From contig MU058213.1 of NCBI GenBank assembly GCA_013265495.1, positions 5,663,149 to 5,727,148 of the forward strand: a stretch of DNA of 64,000 nt. Direction: 5' to 3'. A model generated the notes under the pieces. It was not told the DNA's origin. It ran no database searches and saw only the letters and a list, made by a program, of their open reading frames with translations. The position numbers and the translations under genes are program-made. This document shows positions 12,847 to 24,215 of the stretch, in pieces; position 1 is the stretch's first letter; every line of letters starts with the position of its first letter. The stretch is from Vicugna vicugna. Taxonomy: Eukaryota.

Positions 12847-15800
12847 CATCAAGTCTTTAATCTAGGCCACCATAACTCCACCCTTCTCCACCCGTCATGG
12901 CCACGATCATCTATGACTTGGGCCCCCAGAGCCTCTCTCACTGGCCACCTCCAGCATTTGATGAACACTTACAGACTCATAAAGGAACAGACTTGCCCAA
13001 CCCTGGCTACAGAGAACCCACAATCCCTATTTTTCAAGGACATCTAACTGTACCATATATTTTAATGCAGGGTCTGGCTAGGCCAGATAAACATCACCTC
13101 CTGACTGTAGTTGCACAAAGGATGACTAACTTGGACCTCATTCCTCTGGCTCCCGAGATACTTTGACAAAACCATCAAAGGGTCTATTTTTCTGCAGCCA
13201 TCCGCCAGCACTCGGGTGAACACTGGAGAGTGCAGCAGTAGCAGAAGAGAGCTGCGAAGCAGTCACTGAGCGAAACGAGGCGATTTATCGCCCACTTCCA
13301 TTCTCACCCTCTCAAGAGGAACCTTTGCTAGATTGGGAGCCTGTTTTTTTTTTTTTAAGAGAGCAAGAAGGGAAACAAATCTGTATTAAGACCTGCTTAG
13401 CAAGCACCTTATCTACTTTAATCCTCACAACTGGATGAGGTAACCCAGTGGAGGAGGAGGAAGCAGCACTCAGGGAGGTTTACTCTGTCCAGGAACCATG
13501 CTGGATGTGTTGTGTAAACTATCTCATTTATCATTTAATCCTCACAACAGTGTACAGACTGAGAGAGACAGAGATGGAAGGGGGGCCCTGATTATGCCTA
13601 ATTTTCCAGTAGATAAACTGAGATTCAGAGAGGCTAACTCCCCTTCCCAAAGTCGCACAGCTTGTGAGGAGCAAATGCAGTGCTTGACCCCAGGTCTCCC
13701 TGATTCCCTGGCCCTCGCTCCTTTCACTCCCCCTGGCCTCCTAAGCGTAGGACCACGGCCAGCTCACTGAGTGACGGCTCACTGCTGAGTCACCAGGTGC
13801 GCATCTTCCCTCCTCTCCAGCTCCTCTTTCTGACTCTCCTCTCTTCCCGGTCTTCCCTGGCCTGCGGTTTCTTCCTGCACTCTGGGCCCCATCCAGCCGG
13901 GGGGAACTCGCTCCAGCTGACAACAGCACTCTTTTCTTCTGGTTACTGAGATAAGCAGCCAAACAGTGACTTGTTGGGGGGAGATCTGTTTGTCTTTGGC
14001 TTTTCTCAGCTACTTCCTTGGAAGGTTTTCACTGCTTTCCAAAGGGAGTTCCAGAAGAATCAGTGGGTACAGCAGAGAGAGCCAAGGCTTGGGACTGGGG
14101 TAAGGAGCGTCCAAAATTTGGCTTTGCTGCCAACCATCTCTGTGACCTTGACCTTGTGACAAAACCTACGTGGGCCTCAGTTTCTTCAGCCACACAGTGA
14201 CTGTGTGTGGCCCAGCATGAGGAAGAACCACCAACACCGGCACCAGGGCGGGCTCTGAACCATGCCCAGTCAGTCCAGCATGGAGGAAGGGAACAGGCAT
14301 CACTGGTCAACACCTTCGAGAAGCCAGGCACTTTCACATATGCCATCGGGTCACATCCTCACAATAACCCAGTGAGGAAGCTTTTAACACCTGTTTTACA
14401 GGTGAGGCAATTGAGCTTCAGAAAGGCAATGAGCGCCCAAGCCCTCACGATGGTTCTAGGAGGCTCCTAGCTCTCAGTTGAGGGCACTTTCTGTCATCCC
14501 ACGTGGGGCGCCACGGCACAAACCACAGACGGCCAGTGCCAATCAGCCTAACAGTCTTCACTCCTCACACAGACACACACTCTCACTCCTCATCCCTTAC
14601 ACATACACACACATGCACACACTCTCCCCCATCTCCACCCCCAGCAGCAGGGGCGAGCATCCAATCTTATAACACCAGCATCACATAAATGGGATGGTGC
14701 TGTTGAGCCCAAATGCGGTCGCCAACCCAAGCACATACATGCACACGCATAGATGCTTGCTCCTTCCCTTCCTCCTGTGAGCCTGCTCTGCTCTGGCTTC
14801 ATCCAACCAGCCCCTGCTAGTGCTGGCTGCCTCTGACGGTAAGCCCCTGCATAAGACCACCCTCGGGCCTCTCACTCGCATCATCTTCATCCTCCCTCTC
14901 TCTCAAGTTAAGGCCGTTTCAGCCCCAGGAACAAGGCCTGGGTGCTGCAAGAATACATGAGATCTCACTCCTACCATCTCCATGAGAGAAAATCCATATA
15001 GTCCAAAAAAAAAAAAGTTGTCTTTGATGTTTGCAAACAGAGTCCTACTATCTCCCAGAGCCAATAGCTAACGATTCAGAATCATTTTTTCCATGAGACA
15101 ATTAAAAAAGGAAACAAAATATTCCCTTTTTATAAATTCTACAACCTGGTGCTCCTGGTGGCTGCTTGGTGAAAAAAAAATTTTTGTTTTTTTAAAGCGG
15201 CACCAGTGGGGCCCACATGAGATCAGAATCCAGGGTTTTAGGGTATCTGAACCCCAGGAGGCCTCTCTGGTGAGGAGACTCTCCAGAGGCCTCACATCTC
15301 TGCCCCAGGTGGAGTCTGCCGGCTCTCGTTCAGGGTTAATGGACTACTTCATGCTTTTCATCTATAAGACCTGAAATAATTTCTCCTGCCTGAACTGAGG
15401 AACGCGTTGTGCTGGCCTCTGCCATCACAGGATCAAAAGCATTTTCCCTAAATCATTTTTTTAAATCCTTATTAAACATGCCATAAGGTAAAGTGAGCAA
15501 AATTATTCATGCTTTTCCCCTCAATCTTTGTAACAGCATCATTGTCCTGTGGGGTGGTAGAGATTGGGAGGCGAATTGTCTGTTTTTCTTTTTTTAAGGA
15601 AAAACACAAAAATCCCAAATAAGAACGAATAATTAGTTCTCAACATGAAAGTGTCTTTCATATTTTTTAAAAAATAATTTCATTTCAAGATTTCTCTCCA
15701 AGAGTGGCTTTCCTGGTGCAGGAAGTACAGGATTCCTTGTGCTATCAGTGTGCGTTGGGCTTGGAACCCGGCTACTGCAGATACAGAGGTGCCCACATTC

Positions 15801-17988
15801 CCGCACATCTGTGCCCCTCCCTCCACAGCCTCACCCGGGCTCCTCACAGCTGACACACTTTGGAGGTTCTGACCTCCTGCACAGGTCCCACTCCAGGGAG
15901 ACACTGCAGGGCACAGGCAATTCCCATTCATAGGATGTAAGAGCTAAAGGGACCTTCCTCCACAATCATCTCAGTCGACCCCTTCCCCCAGAATTGTGGA
16001 ACCGTGGCATCTCAGGCGTGGATATCATTCTCCTGCTATTCACAGTTTAAGAACAAAGGAAGGCAAAATCCCACCTCCAGTGCAGGGACATGAAACATTA
16101 ATCCCCGCTCAGGGGCTCGACGTTCAGCAGGCAGGTAGCAGAGAGGAATCTGCAGCTGTGATGGCCCAGGATGGATGGCAGGAGGTTGAAGCAGGCGGGC
16201 ACTTTGTCTTGGTGGCTTCACAGGAGGCAGGTTTAGGCCATGGCTTTTCTTCAAGGGCTGAGCATTTACCATTTGCTTTCAAAGGGCAGCTTCAGCTTGC
16301 CAGAACCAGAACCCCAGGAGAGAGTGGGAAGGGTCTTTTAGAATCAGACAGACTCCTGGATTCAAAGTCTGCTCCACTTCTAACCATCTGGGTCACCTTG
16401 GACCTGTCTCCAAATCTCTGCTTCCTTATCTGTAATTGACCAGGACTGCTGACATTGTTATCTGTCTAGGTCTCAGCAGAAAACAGGACTCCACTCACCT
16501 GGGTCAGCTGAAGAGAGCAGGCAGGACTCCTTACAGAGGGTGGGTGCGATTAAGGAAACCAACATGGGGTGTTGACACACCCTGAATCTAACATCAGGCC
16601 ACCAGGAGAAGTGAGGAGGGGGACTAGCCCAGGAGAACGGGAGCTGTGGGGGAGAGGCTCCCAACAGCCACTCATCATGGGGCACACTTACTACACAGTC
16701 AGGCTCCAAAGCAGGAGGGAGCTTCAGAAGCAGGAAGCAAAACTCCTTCACCTCTCTCTTCTCTGCCCAGATCTCCTTCTGCTGGTGCCTCTTTGGTGGG
16801 TCAGTCCCAACCAGAAACCCTGCAAGAGATCCAGAGGCTGAGGCCTGGGGCTCAGAGCTCGGCAGAGAGCAGATGGGGACTGCAAGAGTAGGTGTGGAAA
16901 ACAGAGTCTAACCACATATTATCCTTATTTAGTCTTATTACAAGGACTGAAATAATGTATGTAAAGTGCTTAGTGTGTCACCTGATGTGCAGTAGGGTCT
17001 CAACAAATGGAAGTTAATTTTCTCATTATTCCTGTTCTCAATTAGGCTCTTTCATGCAGCATGTGTCCTGCCTTGTTTTCACACAAAGAGCCCCAGAAGC
17101 ACTCCTTAGACTGTGGAGACACAAGCACTAATCTGACCCCAAGACTTCCCTCGGGCAGATAAGACATGGAAATGATGCCTACAAGATGAGGCAGCAGTCA
17201 CAGAAGCCACTCTGCTTACCAGCCTCGAGCTCCTCCAAGGCCAGGACCACTGCTTCTGGTTCTCCTGTTTTCTTAATACTTTTTAAAATTCCCTTTTTCC
17301 AGTAGGAGTCTAATTGGAATACATGCTTATTGTAGAAAATGAGGAACTTGCAGAAAAGCATTAGAGAATAGAAATGATCACTCTCCCCTTTCCAAAGATA
17401 AGCTCTGGTAAGACTTCTGTGGTTCCCCCTCCTTCTCTGCATTCTGTTTTATTAGAGTTAGTCTCCTGTTAAGTATATAATTTGTATCCTGATGGTTGTA
17501 TGGGGTTTTTTCCCCACTTCTTTCATAAGCATTGAAATCATTCCAAAAACATCTTTTAACAACTTCCTAAGAGTAGATCACATGATTGGGAATATGAACT
17601 TGGATTCAGCAGACTAACGTCTAATTGCAGCTTCGCCAGTTCTGAGCTGCCTGACAATGGACAAGTTACTTCAGTTTCCTGAGCTTCAGCTTCTTCATTT
17701 GTAGAACGATGCGGAGGGAGGTTAAAGTAGTCATCTCACAAAGTTGTAGTCAAGAGAAATGAGGTAATTATGTGAAACAATAGTTCAGTGTCTGGGACAT
17801 AATAAAGAGCTGAGTGGTAATTATCGTAATTACCATTATTAGTCCATAGATATTCCTCTACTGGTGAATATTTAGGGTGGTATTTATTTTTTATTAAGTA
17901 ATTCTGTTATGACATTTTTTTAACTTAAAACTCTTTCCACATTTCAAGTCTTTTCTTAGGGTATATAAAGATTTTGGTCCTGAATATA

Positions 17989-18033
17989 TATATATATATT
18001 TTAATTGATATATATGTATTTTTTTAAATTTAT

Positions 18034-18068
<35 letters not shown>

Positions 18069-18416
18069 GTTTTTTTTTAATTGAAGTATAGCCAGTTTAC
18101 AATGTTGTGTCAATTTCTGGTGTACAGCATAATGCTTCAGTCATACATGAACATACATATATTTGGTTTCATGTTCTTCTTCACTGTAAGTTACTACAAG
18201 ATATTGAATATAGTTCTCTGTGCTATACAGTATGAGCTAGTTGTTTCTTGGATTTTGTGAGAATCCTGAATTTTGAAGCGAAAGACACTCTGCCAGAGTT
18301 CAGTAGGTGTTCTGTGCAATTCATTGGGTTTGTATATGTAATTCTCGGTGTATTTGTGGGAGAGGGTGAGCTGTGAGTCTCTCTACTCCTCTGTCTTGGC
18401 ACTTCCTGAAATGACA
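17989..18416 (-). mobile_element. Internally deleted L1: 5' start (about 18247-18407) joined to the 3' end (about 18070-18246), with a (TA)n/(CA)n tail
   Basis: 12-bp direct repeat GTCCTGAATATA at 17977-17988 and 18417-18428. The 3' part matches the L1 ends near 22830 and 42990. The 5' part resembles the L1 start at 34020-34095. Confidence 0.75.
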
Positions 18417-18439
18417 GTCCTGAATATAAACATCTGAAA

Positions 18440-18655
18440 GTTCAAGTTCTGGAGCCGGATGGCCTGAACTTACATCCCAGCTATGTTACTTACTAGCTGT
18501 GTGATGTTGGAAAAGTCACTTAACCTCTCTGTTCTTTCATTTCCGCTTCTCTAAAATGAGATAATAATAGTATCACCTGTTGTAAGGATTAAATGAGATA
18601 ATAAGTAAAAAGTGCTTGGCACAGCTAATCAAAATAAATACTATCTGATGTTATT
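18440..18655 (+). mobile_element. MIR SINE
   Basis: ACTTACTAGCTGTGTGA...AAGTCACTTAACCTCTCTG...AAAATGAGATAATAATAGTA...AAAGTGCTTGGCACAG. Confidence 0.8.
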
Positions 18656-20801
18656 ATCATGCATACCACCAACTACACTCTTACTCCTTTATCCCCAACA
18701 GCTTTTAGCACTGGGCTGGGTATCATAGGTTTCCAACTGATACATATTAAACTGGTTGCTATGAGTGTTTCTTGTTAGCTATGGAAGATGCCCTGCCTCC
18801 TCCTTAGGGGGTTAACCTGAGGCCAGCTCTCTCACATCATCCTGCCCACAGCCCACCCCTCACCCCGACCCTGACGCCTATGGACTGTTATCTTTGCTTT
18901 TTGCCTCAGTTCAACTTATAACACTGTTCACTTGTTACAGAGTTCCCTGACAGGCCCCAAATAATGTAAAACCTCTCCAGAGGCTTCTAGGATGATAGAC
19001 CAGAGTCCCTGTCTCCATCACTGCCACCCAAGCGTTTAGGGACCCTCCTTGCAGCTGGGGCTCACAGCTCTCCTCTGCTTCCCATCCACAGCCTCATAGT
19101 CCTGAGAGCATCAAACTACTTTATTCCAGTCTAGAGGATCTGAGCACTTATTAAGCACAGGGCACTGGAGCCAATCCACCACAAAACCCAAATGGGAAAA
19201 TTGGTTTATGCCAAAGGGTAGGGCTGTGTAAGTAACACAGAAACCCAGCAGTACAAGCACACCAGGACCCTGCAGCTGATGTGATGGCAACACGCCATTA
19301 GCCACAGCTGCTGTCAGGTCTGTGTGCAGCTACCAACCTCAGGTGGAAATGCACCATTTGGGAGTAAGTAGATTGATTCATGAGGATGGTTTATTTCCAC
19401 ATGCTGGATGCATAGGATGGATGAGCAAGTGGCTGGTTCCGTGATCTATGCTTTCCAGGAGGAATTCTACAACAAAGCTTGAATCTCAGAGGTGCTTTCC
19501 ATCTTACTAAATGTTCATACACATCATTATACTCCCCAACAGACTTTCAGTTCATTCATCCCACAAGTGTTTATTAAGCACCTACTATGTGTAAGCACTT
19601 ATCAGGACTCATGGATTAATCATTATCCAGAACAGGAAAAGCAAAGACACAACAAATATACCATAAATCCCCTATCCTTTGCCCAAGGCAGACACCGGTT
19701 CTCCAAAGAGCCCATCTCAACACAGGGCTCCAGGCAGTCCTAGCAATCAAATTGACATGCCATCTTGGAGCTAAAATGCTGCAAGTACTTAGAGAATATG
19801 GAAATAGCAAGAAAAAGAAGTCCAAGCAGCCATCAGTCAGTCATTTGGGAATGAGGTGGGATAATTTTGAAAATAGCCCCACAGCTGGCTGGTGCAGCGA
19901 GGCAGACTGAGCCCAGGCAGCAGCTCCAGGCCGAGAGCACAGACTCTGGTCTATGACCTTGAGCAGGTCACTTCACCTCTCTAACCTTGGTTTCCTCCTT
20001 TATGAACTGGGGCTGAGAATAGCAATATCTTTACATTATGAGCAGTAAATGAGGTGATGCAACGTAAAGCGTTTAGCAACACTATCTGACAGCAGGCAAT
20101 TTGCTTTTATCAATTAAACATGGACTGTATTTAGGTAAACAAGAATAAAACAAATTTCCCTCCTCCAAACAACCCAGTAGAAGGACATTCTGGACATTTG
20201 ACAGGATAGAAAAATTTTAGGCCCAGGTACTAGAAGTACAGTTATCTTATTTCCACTGGAAAATGGGCTTGCAGAGCCCCACTGAGCTAGTTCCCAGGAC
20301 CTGCCCCAGAACAAGAAAAGTGGTCATTAAGGCATATTTCTCAGCTGGAGCCCCGTCCCACCCCAAAACTGACCCCATCAAACAGAGGCAAAAGTAAAAA
20401 TGGCAGTATGTTCTCTTGCCTTTGTCAGGTGCCTAAAAGGCAATATATCCTTTGATTTATGAAAGGGGACCCTTGCCAAATACATAGAACAGTCCAACAG
20501 GAGTGCATCCAGAAATTGGTGAGAATGCCAAATACACTGGACTCCTAAGCTGCCTTCTTTTGTTGGGTAATACTTATTACATTACAAACACAATACAAGT
20601 CCACTTAGACATTTAGGAAATTCAGTGGAGAAAAAAGAAGAAAATAAAAAGCATTCATAATCTCACCACCAAGAAAAAAACCGGGGTTTCTCTCCATCCA
20701 GACTTCTCCCTCTGCATTTTTAAACTTTTTAATGAGATTTTTAATTTTTAAAATTCCAGCTTAAATTCTCTTTCTTTCTCCCTCTCCATCCTCTCCTCCA
20801 G

Positions 20802-20919
20802 TTTATCATTACCAGTTCAAGATGCAGTTCATCAACCAAACTGAGGAACCACTAAAAGTAAATTTTGCCATGTCACTCCTCGGAACTAAAGAGGAAGAGC
20901 AGAAACTTCCCATCACTCT
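20802..20919 (+). CDS. LIPC: Hepatic lipase exon 7 (118 bp; YHYQFKMQFINQT...KLPITL), start of the PLAT domain
   Basis: Long polypyrimidine tract, acceptor CAG at 20799-20801 and donor GTGAG at 20920. Absent from the ORF track; read manually and phase-compatible with exons 6 and 8. Confidence 0.96.
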
Positions 20920-22479
20920 GTGAGTACAAGATGCAGCCTCGCCCGTGGTGATGACACGCTTAATTTTCTCACAGGGTCTGGATGGACTCTGTGCTTTTCA
21001 AGGGGGAGGCCAGACACAACTTACTCTTCTCAGCCCATTATGATTGCCCCCAACACCCTGTCAGAAGGCACAGCCACCCAAGCCCAGCACTTCCTCATCC
21101 CTCCTCAGCCCCACCCATAAATTGCTTTATGTCCCTCTTGTTTGTGATGGGCGCAATGTGATGGGGGCTAAATGGAGAGGAAGCCAGAGGTGGCCAGTCT
21201 GTGTCCACAGTGCAGGAAGAAGATTCAAGCAGGGAGGAGTGGTGACGGCTGGAGCAGGTGTCCCCAGGAAGGCCCTGAGCACCTTTCCAGTGAGTCCTCA
21301 AAACCATAACCCAGAAACAAAACTGGTATCATTCAACTTGGCACACATTCCCATCCCAATCAGCCTGCATGGCCATCCCTGTCCATTTGTCCTTCACCCT
21401 GTGACACACCTGCTCACGAGATGGCGAGTGGCCTCACACGTCCCGCAGAGGCTCCCCTGCTTCACTGGCTAGAAAAGGCCCATTAGCTACTTTTTCTCAG
21501 CACCTCGACCCTCAGAGTGAACTCTCCTTGGGAAGTGACGCTAGCCTTTCACCTACTCGGGAGATAGTCCTCAGCTTCTGGAAAATTGCCACTAGGTTTA
21601 ATTCTCAGATCATCACCCGATTCAGTCACGCAGCAAGGACTTGCTGGTGAGCTGCACTGCAGAAAGGACCCTGTCCCTGGAATGCTCCCAACCTAGTGGG
21701 GTGGGTGGATTCCTAAACGGTTCTTTACAACATACTGCAGGAAGAGCTATGATGAGCCCAGCCAGGGAATCCTCCAGCCACCTGTCTCACCCTAAATCCA
21801 GCGTAAACTCTGCACTGTCCCCAATCCCTCTCTGGGAGATTGTTCTAAGGAGTGGAAAGGGCATTTAGCTGTTGTGTCACTGTTGGGACATTTTAATGTC
21901 TTGGAGATTAGTGAGTAAAGCTGATAATGATACCTAAGGATCTGCATTTAAATCTTGCTCCAAACTGGCGCATCCTTTTTATATGTGGTTTTTATTTTCC
22001 TGCAATCCTTTGTTGTTTTAACAGAAGTTTCTATTTATATGGGGAGGAGAAAAGCATTACTAAGGAGAGAAGACTGGTGTGGCTGTAATGTGCTGATCAC
22101 ACCTACAGAGAACGGAATAGCCCAAAGGCCACTACCAAAGCCCCACCATCTCTTTGGGGCCAGTTTTTCTGGTTTGTTAACCTAGAAACTACGAAGCCTG
22201 AGCTAAACAAAGTTAGTTAGATTCATTATTACAGAACTCTTGGAGCCTTTTGAATATGCTAACTCAGAAAATAGGATGGTTTTCTCAATATTACTAGTCC
22301 GGACAATCCTTTTGATCCTGGCACATCTATTGCTATCTCTATTAATAGTTTGGGAAATGCAGAGAAAAGACCACCCCAAGTCACTCAGGCAAACCTAGTA
22401 ACACATCCCGAATGTGCCTAAGCGTCGGTTCCCTGTTACAAATCAACTGACTGGGTCCGGTTTCCTTTGCATCTTCAAG

Positions 22480-22719
22480 GCAGGGAGGAATTACTAGCAA
22501 TAAAACCTATTCCTTTCTTATCACATTGGATTTGGATATCGGTGAGCTGATCATGATCAAGTTCAAGTGGGAAAATTACCAGGTGTGGGCCAATGTCTGG
22601 AAAGTGGTCCAAAGCTTCATCCCATGGGGAAGAGGAACATTCCATGAGAAAGAAGAGCCCGTCTACTCAGGCCTTGCTCTGAAGAGCATCAGAGTCAAAG
22701 CGGGAGAAAGCCAGCAAAG
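22480..22719 (+). CDS. LIPC: Hepatic lipase exon 8 (240 bp; QGGITSNKTYSFLITLD...RVKAGESQQR)
   Basis: Branch-like CTGAC at 22447-22451, first AG at 22478-22479 and donor GTGAG at 22720. This acceptor keeps the frame; the CAG 4 nt downstream does not. Confidence 0.94.
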
Positions 22720-22788
22720 GTGAGTCCTGGTTCAACGTCCTCCTAACATCTATTAAGCATCTACCTGTGCCAGCACTTTCACAATTTA

Positions 22789-24215
22789 TTTTCCCTTTAT
22801 TTTTCTTTTTTTTGAAAAATTTTTTTTATTGAGTTATAGTCAGTTTACAATGTTGTGTCAATTTCCAGTGTAGAGCACAATTTTTCAGTTATACATGAAC
22901 ATACATACATTCATTGTCACATTCTTTTTCGCTGTGAGTCAAGATCTTGTATATATTTCCCTGTGCTATACAGTATAATCTTGTTTATCTATTCTGGATA
23001 TGCCTGTCAGTATCTACAAATTTTGAACTCCCAGTCTGTCCCTTCCCACCCCCTACCCCACTGGCAACCACAAGTTTGTATTCTATGAGTCTCCTTCTGT
23101 TTTGTATTTTATGTTTTTTTGTGTTTTTTGTGGGGTTTTTTTTAGATTCCACATATGAGCGATCTCATATGGTATTTTTCTTTCTCATTCTGGCTTATTT
23201 CACTTAGAATGACATTCTCCAGGGACAGGACAACCAGGGACATCCATGTTGCTGCAAATGGCATTATGTTGTCATTTTTATGGCTAAATAGTATTCCTTT
23301 GTATAAATATACCACATCTTCTTTATCCAGTCATCTGTTGGTGAACATTTAGGTTGTTTCCATGTCTTGGCTATTGTAAATAGTGCTGCTATGAACATTG
23401 GGGTGCAGGTGTCTTTTTGAAGTAGGGTTCCTTCTGGATGTATGCCCAGGAGCAGGGTTACTGGGTCATATAGTAAATCTATTCCTAGTCCTTTGAGAAA
23501 TCTCCATACTGTTTTTCTCGATACTGTTTCCCACAGTGGCTGCACCAAACTGCATTCCCACCCAGTGTAGGAGGGTTCCCCTTTCTCCACAGCCTCTCCA
23601 GCATTTTGTCATTTGTGGACTTTTGAATGATGGCCATTCTGACTGGTGTGAGGTGATACCTCATTGTAGTTTTGATTTGCATTTCTCTGATAATTAGTGA
23701 TATTGAGCATTTTTTCATGTGCCTATTGATCATTTGTATGTCTTCCTTGGAGAATTGCTTGTTTAGGTCTTCTGCCCATTTTGGGATTGGGTGGTTTGTT
23801 TTTTTCTTATTAAGTCATATGAGGTGCTTATATATTCTGGAAATCAAGCCTTTGTCAGTTTCATCTTTTGAAAAACTTTTCTCCCATTCCGTAGGTTGTC
23901 GTTTTGTTTTACTTATGGTTTCCTTTGCTGTGCAGAAGCTTGTAAGTTTAATTAGGTCTCATTTGTTTATTCTTACTTTTATTTTCATTGCTTGGGTAGA
24001 CTGCCCTAGGAGAACATTTTTGAAATGTATGTCAGATAATGTTTTGCCTATATTTTCTTCTAGGAGGTTTACTGTATCTTGGCTTATGTTTAAGTCTTTG
24101 ATCCATTTTGAGTTTATTTTTGTGCATGGTGTAAGGGAGTGTTCTAGCTTCATAGATTTTCATGCTGCTGTCCAGTTTTCCCACCATTTGCTAAAGAGAC
24201 TGTCTTTATTCCATT
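22789..24215 (-). mobile_element. 5'-truncated, relatively young L1 (ORF2 C-terminus, 3' UTR, A-rich tail), antisense in LIPC intron 8 and inserted into a MIR
   Basis: Perfect 16-bp TSD GCACTTTCACAATTTA at 22773-22788 and 24216-24231. Frameshifted ORF2 pieces in the ORF track ([39 protein letters not shown]). Confidence 0.95.
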
